In this document: piece after piece, positions 39,925 to 49,131 of the stretch
Numbering within the stretch: position 1 is the stretch's first letter
How the letters are laid out: each line of letters begins with the position of its first letter
DNA from: an uncultured candidatus Porisulfidus sp.
Lineage (GTDB): Bacteria; Pseudomonadota; Gammaproteobacteria; Poriferisulfidales; Oxydemutatoraceae
DNA: 64,000 nt
NCBI GenBank assembly: GCA_965215125.1
Contig: OZ244052.1
Coordinates: 1,632,001-1,696,000, forward strand
Reading direction: 5' to 3'
The notes under the pieces: generated by a model
What the model saw: the letters and a program-made list of their open reading frames with translations, nothing else
Told to the model about the DNA's origin: nothing
Database searches by the model: none
Made by a program: the position numbers and the translations under genes

Positions 39925-40714
39925 GCATTTCGGTTTCCTTTTATTCGCCGTTTGGGCTTCGGCAAGCGGTATAGCTTATGCCGATTTTGTCATCTCCTTA
40001 CAGCAGATACCGGAATGGGCTCCGGGGCGTGCTTTGGAAATTCGCCACATTACCATTAACGGCAAGGGTGCGGGAGAGGTCGTGGTGGTAAGCGAGGATG
40101 GGGAGCAATCTAGGGTGATGCAAATGTCACTGTTTGAATACGATGCCGATAATTTTGCACATTGGGTGAACGAATATCAAAAATACAAAGATTTTTACGG
40201 CGACGACGAGGACAGCGATGGTCGCCTCGTGGAAGGCAACCCTAAAACCGTAGCACTTTCTTTTTTTAACGATGGACGACTGATGAAATCCATAGCACTA
40301 AGCGATACGCTTGCGTATAGCGATAACTCCGACGAGCGATTTGGCCTACCCGAGGCTCTAATCGCACTTAGAGATCGATTACTGGCTTATGCCGAGCAAG
40401 CGAAATCTCAGCCTGCGGCGAGTTATTATGCGACTGTTGTTCCCTATAGCGAGAATCAAAAATACTGGTTATTGAGGTCCACGAAGTTGGAATCTATACC
40501 GGTAATTATTGATACGATCGATGAAAAAGATAAAGTATTTTTGAATGAGCTTGTCGGGGGCGCACCTGCTTTTTTGCCGTTGGGAGAGGAACGCTTTTTA
40601 AGGCTTACGAGAAATCTGGGATTTTCCGAGAATCAGTTTAGAGGAGTTTTTAGAATATCAGAGAGATCCGATGCGATCGTCGAAATTAGGTTTGTGAAAT
40701 CCGAGGCACCGTAA
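39914..40714 (+). CDS. Hypothetical exported protein, coupled to the CLCA-like gene
   Basis: 266 aa with an N-terminal signal peptide (..IAYA-D). Overlaps the upstream stop by 11 nt. Confidence 0.7.
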   Translation: MLIRHFGFLLFAVWASASGIAYADFVISLQQIPEWAPGRALEIRHITINGKGAGEVVVVSEDGEQSRVMQMSLFEYDADNFAHWVNEYQKYKDFYGDDEDSDGRLVEGNPKTVALSFFNDGRLMKSIALSDTLAYSDNSDERFGLPEALIALRDRLLAYAEQAKSQPAASYYATVVPYSENQKYWLLRSTKLESIPVIIDTIDEKDKVFLNELVGGAPAFLPLGEERFLRLTRNLGFSENQFRGVFRISERSDAIVEIRFVKSEAP

Positions 40715-40733
40715 AACCGGCCGTGCGTCCCGA

Positions 40734-40860
40734 TATTCCCCTCCTTCGGAGGGGTGGCAGGCGCAATAGAACCGCCGATTGAGCCGGTAGGTCAATCGGC
40801 GTAACGTTGTGCAGAATCTTAGTACATATTACAAAATGTAAAACCTTTTCATGGGGTGGT
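40734..40860 (+). repeat. Composite of family B and family A REP-like palindromes
   Basis: CCCCTCC-TTC-GGAGGGG followed by TAGAACCGCCGATTGAGCCGGTAGGTCAATCGGCGTAACGTTGTGCAGAA...ACAAAATGTAAAA, matching 21782-21872. Confidence 0.75.
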
Positions 40861-40984
40861 CCATTCCCCTTCCATCGGCGGTTCTGTTTCTACACAAAGT
40901 TATGCCACTTGTGCTAGTGCAAAAAGTTGCGGTTCTACCTGTATAATAGCGACTTTATCTTTACAAACCGACTTTCAAAACAGC

Positions 40985-41554
40985 ATGGCAACTTACGGCA
41001 CAAATGAATTCAAGAGTGGATTAAAAATTTTACTCAACGGAGAACCGCACACGATTGTAGAAAATGAATTTGTCAAACCCGGTAAAGGACAGGCATTCAA
41101 CCGAACCAAGCTAAAAAATTTGATTTCCGGAAAACTGATAGACAAAACTTTCAAATCGGGTGAGAGTGTGGAGGCAGCGGACGTAGTTGATCTAAAAATG
41201 AATTATTTATACAACGACGGGCAACAGTGGCACTTCATGGATAGCGATAGTTATGAACAATACGCCGCCTCGCACAGCACGGTTGAATACGCAAAACAAT
41301 GGATTAAAGAACAGGATATATGCGAAGTAACCTTATACAACAAACAACCCATCTTGGTGGTGCCGCCCAATTTTGTTGAACTCAAGGTGATAGAAACCGA
41401 GCCGGGCATTCGCGGCGATACGGTCAGCGGTGCGACCAAACAGGCGACATTGGAAACTCAGGCGGTAATCAAAGTTCCTTTGTTCGTAGAAGAGGGTGAT
41501 ATTTTGAAAATAGATACCCGGAGCGGGGAATACATCGGCCGTATAAAAGACTAA
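40985..41554 (+). CDS. efp: Elongation factor P
   Basis: Real start is MATYGTNEFKSGLK at 40985. Has the KPGKG loop (modified Lys), RGDT, and KIDTRSGEY. Confidence 0.97.
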   Translation: MATYGTNEFKSGLKILLNGEPHTIVENEFVKPGKGQAFNRTKLKNLISGKLIDKTFKSGESVEAADVVDLKMNYLYNDGQQWHFMDSDSYEQYAASHSTVEYAKQWIKEQDICEVTLYNKQPILVVPPNFVELKVIETEPGIRGDTVSGATKQATLETQAVIKVPLFVEEGDILKIDTRSGEYIGRIKD

Positions 41555-41592
41555 GGCGCGATGGGCAAACCTTTCTCGCAGTACCGATTTTT

Positions 41593-42531
41593 TTGACCGT
41601 TCCCGAAAACCGTCAGGTGATACCCGAACAACGATTAGATCTGCATAGCCGCTTGTTGGTTGCCACACATTCTTTTTTTCGGGCGCGCAATATGCAAGAA
41701 GTCGTCACGCCGTGTATCGTTTCGCAAGCACATGGCGAATACGGCATAGAAAGTTTTAGCATAGATTCGATGCAATATAATCTCAGAAACTCACCCGAGT
41801 ATGAGATGAAACGTTTACTGATGACGGCACGAACCGACATCTATCAAATTGCGCCGGTATTCAGAAAAGGCGAATACGGAAAAAAACACCGACCCGAGTT
41901 CATAATGCTCGAGTGGTATCGTCTGGGTTGGGATTATCGTCGCTTGATGAACGAATGTTTGGAATATCTACGGACTGTAATGGCGGACTCCGATATAAAG
42001 TTACATACCCTTTGTTACCGACAACTTTTTGAGGATATTTTTGACAGCAACCCGTTTGATTGCAAAACCGAAGTCTTAACCACACTGGTGTGCGACTTGG
42101 GTTATCAAAGTTCATCTCCGACCCGCGCCGAATGTCTTGATTTTCTATTTGAAGTTGCAAGCCATCGATATAGTGCCGCCGAGCATCCCGATACATTAGT
42201 CGCTATTTACGATTTTCCGATTGAGCAAGCATCTTTTGCCCGTATCTCGGCACAGGATGTCGCCGAACGTTTTGAGATATTCTTAAACGGTATAGAATTA
42301 GCTAACGGCTACGGTGAATTAACCCAAGCCGAAGATTATTATGAGCGGATACATTTACATAACCGAATACGAAAGACGCGGTTGTCAGTGCCGCTCTCTT
42401 TAGACGGGGATTTTATGCAAACCTTAAAACAATACGGACTAGCCGAATGTGCCGGTGTTTCCGTAGGTATAGAGCGTTTATTGATGTGCAAGGCGCATGT
42501 TGAAGACATCGCACAAGTTCGTTTGTTGTAA
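41593..42531 (+). CDS. epmA: EF-P lysine aminoacylase EpmA (GenX/PoxA)
   Basis: LysRS-like catalytic core only (SPEYEMKRLL, FRKGE..HRPEFIMLEWYR, ERFE, ELANGY.EL, GIERL), directly after efp. Start codon uncertain. Confidence 0.92.
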   Translation: MTVPENRQVIPEQRLDLHSRLLVATHSFFRARNMQEVVTPCIVSQAHGEYGIESFSIDSMQYNLRNSPEYEMKRLLMTARTDIYQIAPVFRKGEYGKKHRPEFIMLEWYRLGWDYRRLMNECLEYLRTVMADSDIKLHTLCYRQLFEDIFDSNPFDCKTEVLTTLVCDLGYQSSSPTRAECLDFLFEVASHRYSAAEHPDTLVAIYDFPIEQASFARISAQDVAERFEIFLNGIELANGYGELTQAEDYYERIHLHNRIRKTRLSVPLSLDGDFMQTLKQYGLAECAGVSVGIERLLMCKAHVEDIAQVRLL

Positions 42532-42545
42532 GATATACGGTAACC

Positions 42546-43439
42546 ATGAAAAAGTTTCCTACCATTGCCGATTTTATAGGGAAGACCCCCTTAGTTCGTC
42601 TGCAGCGTATGGCGGAAGGTAGCGGCAGTCAATTGCTGGTCAAGCTCGAGGGCAATAATCCGGCGGGTTCGGTTAAGGATCGTCCGGCGTTCAATATGAT
42701 TGCCGAAGCCGCTACGCGTGGCGAAATTAAAACCGGCGACACTTTAATAGAAGCAACCAGCGGCAATACCGGCATTGCATTGGCGATGGCAGCTGCCATT
42801 CAAGGCTATCGCATGATTTTGATTATGCCCGAGAGCATGAGTATGGAAAGGCGCGCCAGCATGAAAGCATACGGTGCCGAGATTATTTTGGTTTCGGAAG
42901 CGGAGGGCATGGAAGGCGCACGCGATCTAGCCGACAAAATGGAAGCGGAGGGCAAAGGCAAAGTACTCAACCAATTTTCAAACCCCGATAACGCTTTGGC
43001 GCATTATCGCACCACCGGACCCGAGATATGGGATGCCTGCGACGGTCAACTAACACATTTCGTCAGTTCCATGGGCACCACAGGCACTATCATGGGTGTG
43101 TCGCGTTTTCTAAAATCTAAAAATCCGCAAATAGAGATCATCGGTGTGGAACCCACCGAGGGTTCTAAAATTCCCGGCATAAGGGCGTGGCCGCCTGCGT
43201 ACCAACCCAAGATATTCGATGCGCAATATGTAGACCGCACGCTGACGGTATCCCGAGCGGATGCCGAAGATGTCATGCGCCGATTGGCGAAAGAGGAAGG
43301 CTTATTCAGTGGTATATCGTCGGGTGGTTGCACGCATGCGGCGTTGCGTATTGCCAACGAACAACCCGGTAGAATCGTCGTCTCGATTATCTGCGATAGG
43401 GGGGACCGCTACATCTCTACCGGGGTTTACCCGAGTTAA
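42546..43439 (+). CDS. cysM: Cysteine synthase B
   Basis: KLEGNNPAGSVKDRPA, EATSGNTGIAL, SMGTTGT and ICDRGDRY.STG. Confidence 0.95.
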   Translation: MKKFPTIADFIGKTPLVRLQRMAEGSGSQLLVKLEGNNPAGSVKDRPAFNMIAEAATRGEIKTGDTLIEATSGNTGIALAMAAAIQGYRMILIMPESMSMERRASMKAYGAEIILVSEAEGMEGARDLADKMEAEGKGKVLNQFSNPDNALAHYRTTGPEIWDACDGQLTHFVSSMGTTGTIMGVSRFLKSKNPQIEIIGVEPTEGSKIPGIRAWPPAYQPKIFDAQYVDRTLTVSRADAEDVMRRLAKEEGLFSGISSGGCTHAALRIANEQPGRIVVSIICDRGDRYISTGVYPS

Positions 43440-43446
43440 ACTACCC

Positions 43447-44214
43447 GTGGACACACTGATATTTGATATCGAAACCATACCCGATGCCGATGCCGGGCGG
43501 CGTTTGTACGACTTTAAGCAACTCTCCGACGCAGATGTGGTGCGTGCATTGGAACAACTACAATATCAGAAAAACGGTTCTACCTTTATGCCGCATTACC
43601 TGCATAAAATTCTGGTTATCTCGTTAATACATGTATCCGGGCAGGGTATTAAGATATGTTCACTTAAAGGAGAGGAAAAAGAAATAGTACGGCAGTTTTT
43701 CAAAGGATTGGAAAAATATCAACCGGAATTGGTGAGTTGGAACGGCAAGCGTTTTGATTTGCCGGTATTGCATTATCGTAGTCTGCTACATCGGGTGGTC
43801 TCGCCGAGCTATTGGGAAGTAGGGGACAACAATAACAATTTTCGTTATAACAACTATTTCAACCGCTACCACTGGCGGCATTTAGACCTCATGGATGTGT
43901 TGGCAGGCTATGATAGCTATGCGGTAGCACCGCTCGATAAAATTGCCAAACTCATCGGCGCACCCGGCAAATCCGGGATCGACGGCAGTCAAGTTTGGGA
44001 TTTTTATAAACAAGGCAAACTTGAAGAGATTATAAACTATTGCGAGGCGGATGTAGTCAACACCTACCTCGTTTATTTACGTTTTCAGTTGATACGCGGC
44101 AAAATCACACACGACGGTCACGACAACCACTTAAAACGGCTATACCAAGTATTAGAACAGCCCGAATATAAACACCTGCACCAATTCATCATAACCGAAA
44201 CCGTAGGAGAATAA
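43447..44214 (+). CDS. PolB-like 3'-5' exonuclease (DEDD family)
   Basis: FDIETIPD, SWNGKRFDLPVL, HLDLMDVL and YCEADV. The likely start is GTG 43447, since the longer ORF overlaps cysM. Confidence 0.85.
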   Translation: MDTLIFDIETIPDADAGRRLYDFKQLSDADVVRALEQLQYQKNGSTFMPHYLHKILVISLIHVSGQGIKICSLKGEEKEIVRQFFKGLEKYQPELVSWNGKRFDLPVLHYRSLLHRVVSPSYWEVGDNNNNFRYNNYFNRYHWRHLDLMDVLAGYDSYAVAPLDKIAKLIGAPGKSGIDGSQVWDFYKQGKLEEIINYCEADVVNTYLVYLRFQLIRGKITHDGHDNHLKRLYQVLEQPEYKHLHQFIITETVGE

Positions 44215-44221
44215 ATAATCT

Positions 44222-45358
44222 CTAAGGCTTGGGACTTAATAATTTTTTCAGAATGGCTAGATAAATATCCGATAGTGTCTGCAGATCGTCGACGCGGACA
44301 CGCTCATCCACCGCATGTATGGTTTTATTGATATGTCCGAGTTCTATCACTTGGGTGTCGTTGCCGGCAATGAAGCGTGCATCCGAAGTCCCGCCTGCCG
44401 TTGAAAGTTCGGGTCTTAGTCCGACAACTTCTTCCGTCGCTTCGCAGGCGACAGTTGTCAATTCACCTGCCGGAGTCAAAAAAGGTTGCCCCGAGAGGTA
44501 CCACTCTATTTCGTAATTCAAATTTGCCTCTTCGAGCATTTGCAGAATAGTTTTTTGCAGTTGTGCGTCGTTGCACTCGGTAGAAAACCGCAAGTTGAAT
44601 TCTATCTCTAAGCGAGCCGGTATCACATTGTCGGCTCCGCTGCCGGCGTGTATATTTGAAATCTGAAAAGTTGTGGGCGGAAAGTATTTATTGCCCCGAT
44701 CCCATTGATGTTTGCATAGCCGAGAAAGCAAAGGGGCAGCTAAATGAATGGGATTTTCTGCGTGCTGGGGATAAGCAACATGACCTTGCTTGCCTATCAC
44801 GATTAGCTTGGCGGATAACGAGCCTCGTCTGCCGTTCTTAATCGTATCGCCTAGTTGCATAGAACTGGAAGGTTCACCGACCACACACCAACGAATGTTG
44901 ACGCCGTGTTGACGCAAGGTTTCTATCGCATAAGCGGTACCGCTACGCGTGTAACCTTCCTCGTTGCTGGTGAGTAGCATTGCGATAGATCCGTGATGCT
45001 CGGGTTGTTGTTCCACAAAAGCCTCACAAGCGGTAGCCATTGCGGCGATGCCTCCTTTCATGTCTGCGGCACCGCGCCCGTATAGCAGATTGTCTTCTAT
45101 ATGTGCGGCAAAGGGAGGGTGGCTCCATGCGTTCTCGTCGCCTACCGGCACCACATCGGTATGGCCGGCGAAAACAAATAGCGGTTCTTCGGTGCCGCGT
45201 CTAAGCCAAACATTACAAACATCGTCTTTGTCTAGTGTTTTACAAGCAAAGCCTTTGCTTGCCAATCGTTCGCTAATCAAAGATTGGCAACCGTCGTCAT
45301 TCGGTGTGATAGAACGACGTTTGATTAAGTCTACGGCAAGATTGAGCGTTCGGTCCAT
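44222..45358 (-). CDS. dapE: Succinyl-diaminopimelate desuccinylase
   Basis: FAGHTDVVP, GRGAADMKG, GEPSS, GRRGS, GHVAYP and GGTSDARFI. Confidence 0.95.
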   Translation of the reverse strand: MDRTLNLAVDLIKRRSITPNDDGCQSLISERLASKGFACKTLDKDDVCNVWLRRGTEEPLFVFAGHTDVVPVGDENAWSHPPFAAHIEDNLLYGRGAADMKGGIAAMATACEAFVEQQPEHHGSIAMLLTSNEEGYTRSGTAYAIETLRQHGVNIRWCVVGEPSSSMQLGDTIKNGRRGSLSAKLIVIGKQGHVAYPQHAENPIHLAAPLLSRLCKHQWDRGNKYFPPTTFQISNIHAGSGADNVIPARLEIEFNLRFSTECNDAQLQKTILQMLEEANLNYEIEWYLSGQPFLTPAGELTTVACEATEEVVGLRPELSTAGGTSDARFIAGNDTQVIELGHINKTIHAVDERVRVDDLQTLSDIYLAILKKLLSPKP

Positions 45359-45367
45359 CGGTCAGAC

Positions 45368-46192
45368 TCAATCTATATCTCGTAGTAATTCGTTTAATCC
45401 AACTTTGCTACGGGTTTTTTCGTCAACCTGTTTGACGATGACCGCACAATACAGGCTATGACTATTATCCGCTGCCGGCAGATTGCCGGAGACTACCACC
45501 GACCCTGCCGGAATACGCCCGTAGCTGATTTCTTTAGTGCGGCGATCGTAGATGCGGGTGCTTTGACCGATATAAACGCCCATTGAAATAACCGAATTTT
45601 CCTCTACGATAACACCTTCTACGATTTCGGAGCGCGCCCCGATGAAACAGTTGTCTTCTATGATTGTCGGCATTGCCTGAGCGGGTTCCAACACACCGCC
45701 GATGCCGACCCCGCCCGACAAATGCACATGCTTGCCGATCTGCGCACACGAGCCCACGGTTGCCCAAGTGTCAACCATCGTGCCTTGATCTACATAAGCA
45801 CCGATGTTGATATAACACGGCATCATAATAACGCCGGGTGCTTGATACGAACCATAGCGCGCGGTTGCTGCCGGCACGATACGCACCCCCGATTTCTTGA
45901 GTGCCTCTTCATCGCAGTTGCGATATTTCACACCGACTTTGTCGTAGAAACGGGTGTAGCCGGCATCGATGAGCCGATTGTCGTTCAGCCTAAACGACAA
46001 TAGCACCGCTTTTTTCAGCCATTGTTCCACATGCCATTGACCGTCGAGTTTGCGGGCAACGCGCAGACTGCCGTTGTTTAAGCTTGCCAAGCACTTGGCT
46101 ACGGCATCTTTGAGTTCGCTACTCGCATTTTCGGGTTTTAGCGTGTCGCGTTGCGCAAACGCCTGCTCTATGATGTTTTTGATTTCTTCCAT
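45368..46192 (-). CDS. dapD: Tetrahydrodipicolinate N-succinyltransferase
   Basis: [27 protein letters not shown] and [14 protein letters not shown]. Confidence 0.97.
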   Translation of the reverse strand: MEEIKNIIEQAFAQRDTLKPENASSELKDAVAKCLASLNNGSLRVARKLDGQWHVEQWLKKAVLLSFRLNDNRLIDAGYTRFYDKVGVKYRNCDEEALKKSGVRIVPAATARYGSYQAPGVIMMPCYINIGAYVDQGTMVDTWATVGSCAQIGKHVHLSGGVGIGGVLEPAQAMPTIIEDNCFIGARSEIVEGVIVEENSVISMGVYIGQSTRIYDRRTKEISYGRIPAGSVVVSGNLPAADNSHSLYCAVIVKQVDEKTRSKVGLNELLRDID

Positions 46193-46239
46193 AATTCTAA
46201 TCCTTAGGTAGTAATTTCAATCTAAAATTGCATAGTCTA

Positions 46240-47007
46240 TCAGGGCACCTCGTCGGAGCGTAGGGTTAAAATTTCATGCCCGCGCTCGGTTACCAGAATC
46301 GTATGCTCCCATTGTGCAGACAAACTGTGATCTTTGGTGACGACAGTCCACTGGTCCGTTAATAGACGGGTTTCTTTTTTGCCGGCATTGATCATTGGTT
46401 CTATCGTAAAAGTCATGCCGGGTTTAAGCTCTATGCCGGTACCGGGCTTGCCGTAGTGCAATACCTGAGGCTCTTCGTGAAATTCGGTCCCGATGCCATG
46501 TCCGCAATAATCTTCCACAACGCTATAGCGATGTTGCTCTACGAATTTTTGTATGCGATGTCCTAGATCGCCTAGACGTTTTCCAGGCTTGACTTCGGCG
46601 ATTCCGATACGCAAAGCCTCGTAACATTTTTCGCTTAAACGTCGTGCCAGCACGCTTGGTTTGCCGACCATAAACATTCGACTTGTGTCGCCGTGATAGC
46701 CGTCCTTGATTACGGTTACATCAATATTCAAAATATCGCCGTTTTTCAATTTGCGTTCATCCGGGATACCGTGGCAGACTTGGTGATTTATGGAAGTGCA
46801 GATGGATTTAGGAAAACCTTTATAGTTCAGTGGTGCCGGAATACACCCTAGTTCATCGGTGATATAACGATGACAGATCCGATCAAGTTCGTCGGTACTG
46901 ATTCCCGGTTTAACCGACGGGGTGATCATTTCCAAAACCTGCGAAGCAGCCTGTCCGGCAGCCCGCATTTTTTCAATTTCGTTATATGTTTTGATTGTAA
47001 TTGGCAT
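46240..47007 (-). CDS. map: Methionine aminopeptidase type I
   Basis: GFPKSICTS.N..VCHGIP, DGYHGDTSRM, CGHGIG..FHEEP, FTIEPMIN and SAQWEHT. Confidence 0.97.
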   Translation of the reverse strand: MPITIKTYNEIEKMRAAGQAASQVLEMITPSVKPGISTDELDRICHRYITDELGCIPAPLNYKGFPKSICTSINHQVCHGIPDERKLKNGDILNIDVTVIKDGYHGDTSRMFMVGKPSVLARRLSEKCYEALRIGIAEVKPGKRLGDLGHRIQKFVEQHRYSVVEDYCGHGIGTEFHEEPQVLHYGKPGTGIELKPGMTFTIEPMINAGKKETRLLTDQWTVVTKDHSLSAQWEHTILVTERGHEILTLRSDEVP

Positions 47008-47171
47008 AACCGCTAAGCGTGAGAATCTCGGTAAATTATAACACCCATGCTAGTTCTATGAAAAGGCATGTTAAATCGCTTGTAAGCCCCACATTTTTAT
47101 TTGGGTTTAACGATCGGTACATAAGATTAGGGGTTTTGGTTATAATAGGAAATTATGTAATCAATAAGAAC

Positions 47172-48980
47172 ATGAAGATTTCTTCTCAAGTATCGGCGTT
47201 TTTCGGTTTGCTATTAGTTTGTATGTTTTTCCAAATTACAGAGACGCAATCGCAACTTTTACCACCTTCATTACCGTGTAGTTCGCAAGACCCCGACACC
47301 AATAATAACGGCTTGATCGATATCTGCGATATAGACGGACTCGAGCTGATGCGCAATAATCCGGATGGACGATACGAACTTAGGCGTAGTCTGGACTTTA
47401 ATGATCCTAACAGTTATCGCGACCCGGGCTCGGAGTTCATCTTTAGTTGGCCACCCATTGAGATTTTCGGGGGAGAATTCAACGGGGGTGGTCACACTAT
47501 CTCTAATTTACCGGTTGATGCCGAGGAAGATTATGCAGGTTTGTTCTCGGAGATAGATAACGGTGCCAGAGTCGAAAATCTCGGACTGTTGAATATTAAT
47601 ATTATCGAACGGGGGTTGACGGGGATCGGAGGATTAGCCGGCGGCAACGGTGGCGAAATCCTCAATAGTTATGTCATTAACACCGATGAATTTAGGATTG
47701 AAGCAGACGAACGCGTCGGTGGATTGGTAGGTGAAAATGCAGGTTCAATTGTTAATAGTCATACGACTGTAGAAGTGCATGGAAATGTATATGTCGGCGG
47801 TTTGGTCGGTTTTAACTATGCCGAAGGGATTATACGCAATAGCCGCGCAACCGGTATCGTAGTGGTAGGGGAATCCGAGACCGGCGGTTTAGTCGGCGAA
47901 AACTATGGCAGTATTATCGGTAGTTATGCAGACGGTAGCGTAAAGAAAATATCCGGCAGCAATGTCAATAGTGTTAATTTGGGTGGATTAGTCGGGTGGA
48001 ATGGTTCTGCTGCCGTCATTCGCAATAGTTATGCAATCGGAACGATAGAAGGATCGCGCCATGTCGGTGGGTTGATAGGTGAAAACCGAGGAAGGGTTAT
48101 TAACAGCTATGCAAAAAATAAAGTAAGCGGAAGCGAGGAACGAGTGGGTGGTTTAGTCGGATGGAACAATCTCACCAATGCCAACATTCGCAATAGTTAT
48201 GCAGATGGAACGATAAAGGGGTCAAGCGATGTCGGTGGGTTGATAGGTGAAAACCGAGGAAGGGTTATTAACAGCTATGCAAAAAATAAAGTAAGCGGAA
48301 GCGGGGAACGGGTGGGTGGTTTAGTCGGATGGAACAATCTTGCCGATGCTAACATTCGTAACAGTTACGCCACCGGCGATGTGATATCAACCGCAATAAA
48401 TTATGTTGTAGGTGGCTTAGTCGGCAGAAATCTCGCCGGAACTATTTTGAATACCTATGCAACCGGCAATGTATTCGTCAGTTTAGCCGGCGAGGAGACA
48501 GACCAGCCTATCGCTGCCGGCGGCTTGGTCGGCTATATTTCCAGTGGCACCATTGAGAATAGCTATGCTATAGGGCTCATAACAGAGAGCAGTGTCGAAG
48601 AAATCGGTAGTTTGGTCGGTCTCAATTCTCAAGGTACTATTGAACGCAGTTATGCAAGAAATGAAAGAAATCTAATTGGTAATAATTTTAGTCCGAGAGT
48701 TGAAGACAGTTTCACCACCGACACTCGTATACTGCAATTGCCTATAGAGGCGAGTGATACCTCAACTAAGGTCTATTACGAATGGTCCGAGAACGATTGG
48801 GATTTTCGCTCTCGGAATCAATATCCGGTTCTAAGATATGCCGTGGGTTCCGACCCCAACAATCCGGCGTGTGGTGAGTCACCGGAACTACCGAATTGCG
48901 GCACGCCTTTGCCTAGACAACCCAGTAGCTTACATACCTATATCAAGGTGCTTTTAGAAGGTGTATTGCAGACCGACTAA
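47172..48980 (+). CDS. Single-module secreted GLUG-repeat protein (~602 aa), same family as the giant paralogs
   Basis: Likely start MKISSQV with a signal peptide. Motifs DTNNNGLIDICD, YELRRSLDF, GLUG repeats (including a 168-bp near-exact duplication), WDF..QYP.LRY and PAC..LPNCG. Ends IKVLLEGVLQTD. Confidence 0.83.
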   Translation: MKISSQVSAFFGLLLVCMFFQITETQSQLLPPSLPCSSQDPDTNNNGLIDICDIDGLELMRNNPDGRYELRRSLDFNDPNSYRDPGSEFIFSWPPIEIFGGEFNGGGHTISNLPVDAEEDYAGLFSEIDNGARVENLGLLNINIIERGLTGIGGLAGGNGGEILNSYVINTDEFRIEADERVGGLVGENAGSIVNSHTTVEVHGNVYVGGLVGFNYAEGIIRNSRATGIVVVGESETGGLVGENYGSIIGSYADGSVKKISGSNVNSVNLGGLVGWNGSAAVIRNSYAIGTIEGSRHVGGLIGENRGRVINSYAKNKVSGSEERVGGLVGWNNLTNANIRNSYADGTIKGSSDVGGLIGENRGRVINSYAKNKVSGSGERVGGLVGWNNLADANIRNSYATGDVISTAINYVVGGLVGRNLAGTILNTYATGNVFVSLAGEETDQPIAAGGLVGYISSGTIENSYAIGLITESSVEEIGSLVGLNSQGTIERSYARNERNLIGNNFSPRVEDSFTTDTRILQLPIEASDTSTKVYYEWSENDWDFRSRNQYPVLRYAVGSDPNNPACGESPELPNCGTPLPRQPSSLHTYIKVLLEGVLQTD

Positions 48981-49131
48981 AAATTTTAGAATCAATACAC
49001 CATAAGCGATAGGTATAATCACAGCCGCCGATACGCCTATTGCATACTCCTATAAATTGTGGTGTAATAATACTACTTGTGAAAGCAAAAGTAGTGAGTT
49101 GGGTGATAATCACTTAAGGAGGGGAAATCCA

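Noticed and set aside
40856-40984. 43-aa N-terminal extension of EF-P in the ORF track
   Set aside because: It derives from repeat and promoter DNA; the canonical start is ATG 40985.
43261-43446. Long N-terminal extension of the exonuclease overlapping cysM
   Set aside because: The family motif begins at VDTLIFDIET, and GTG 43447 removes the overlap.
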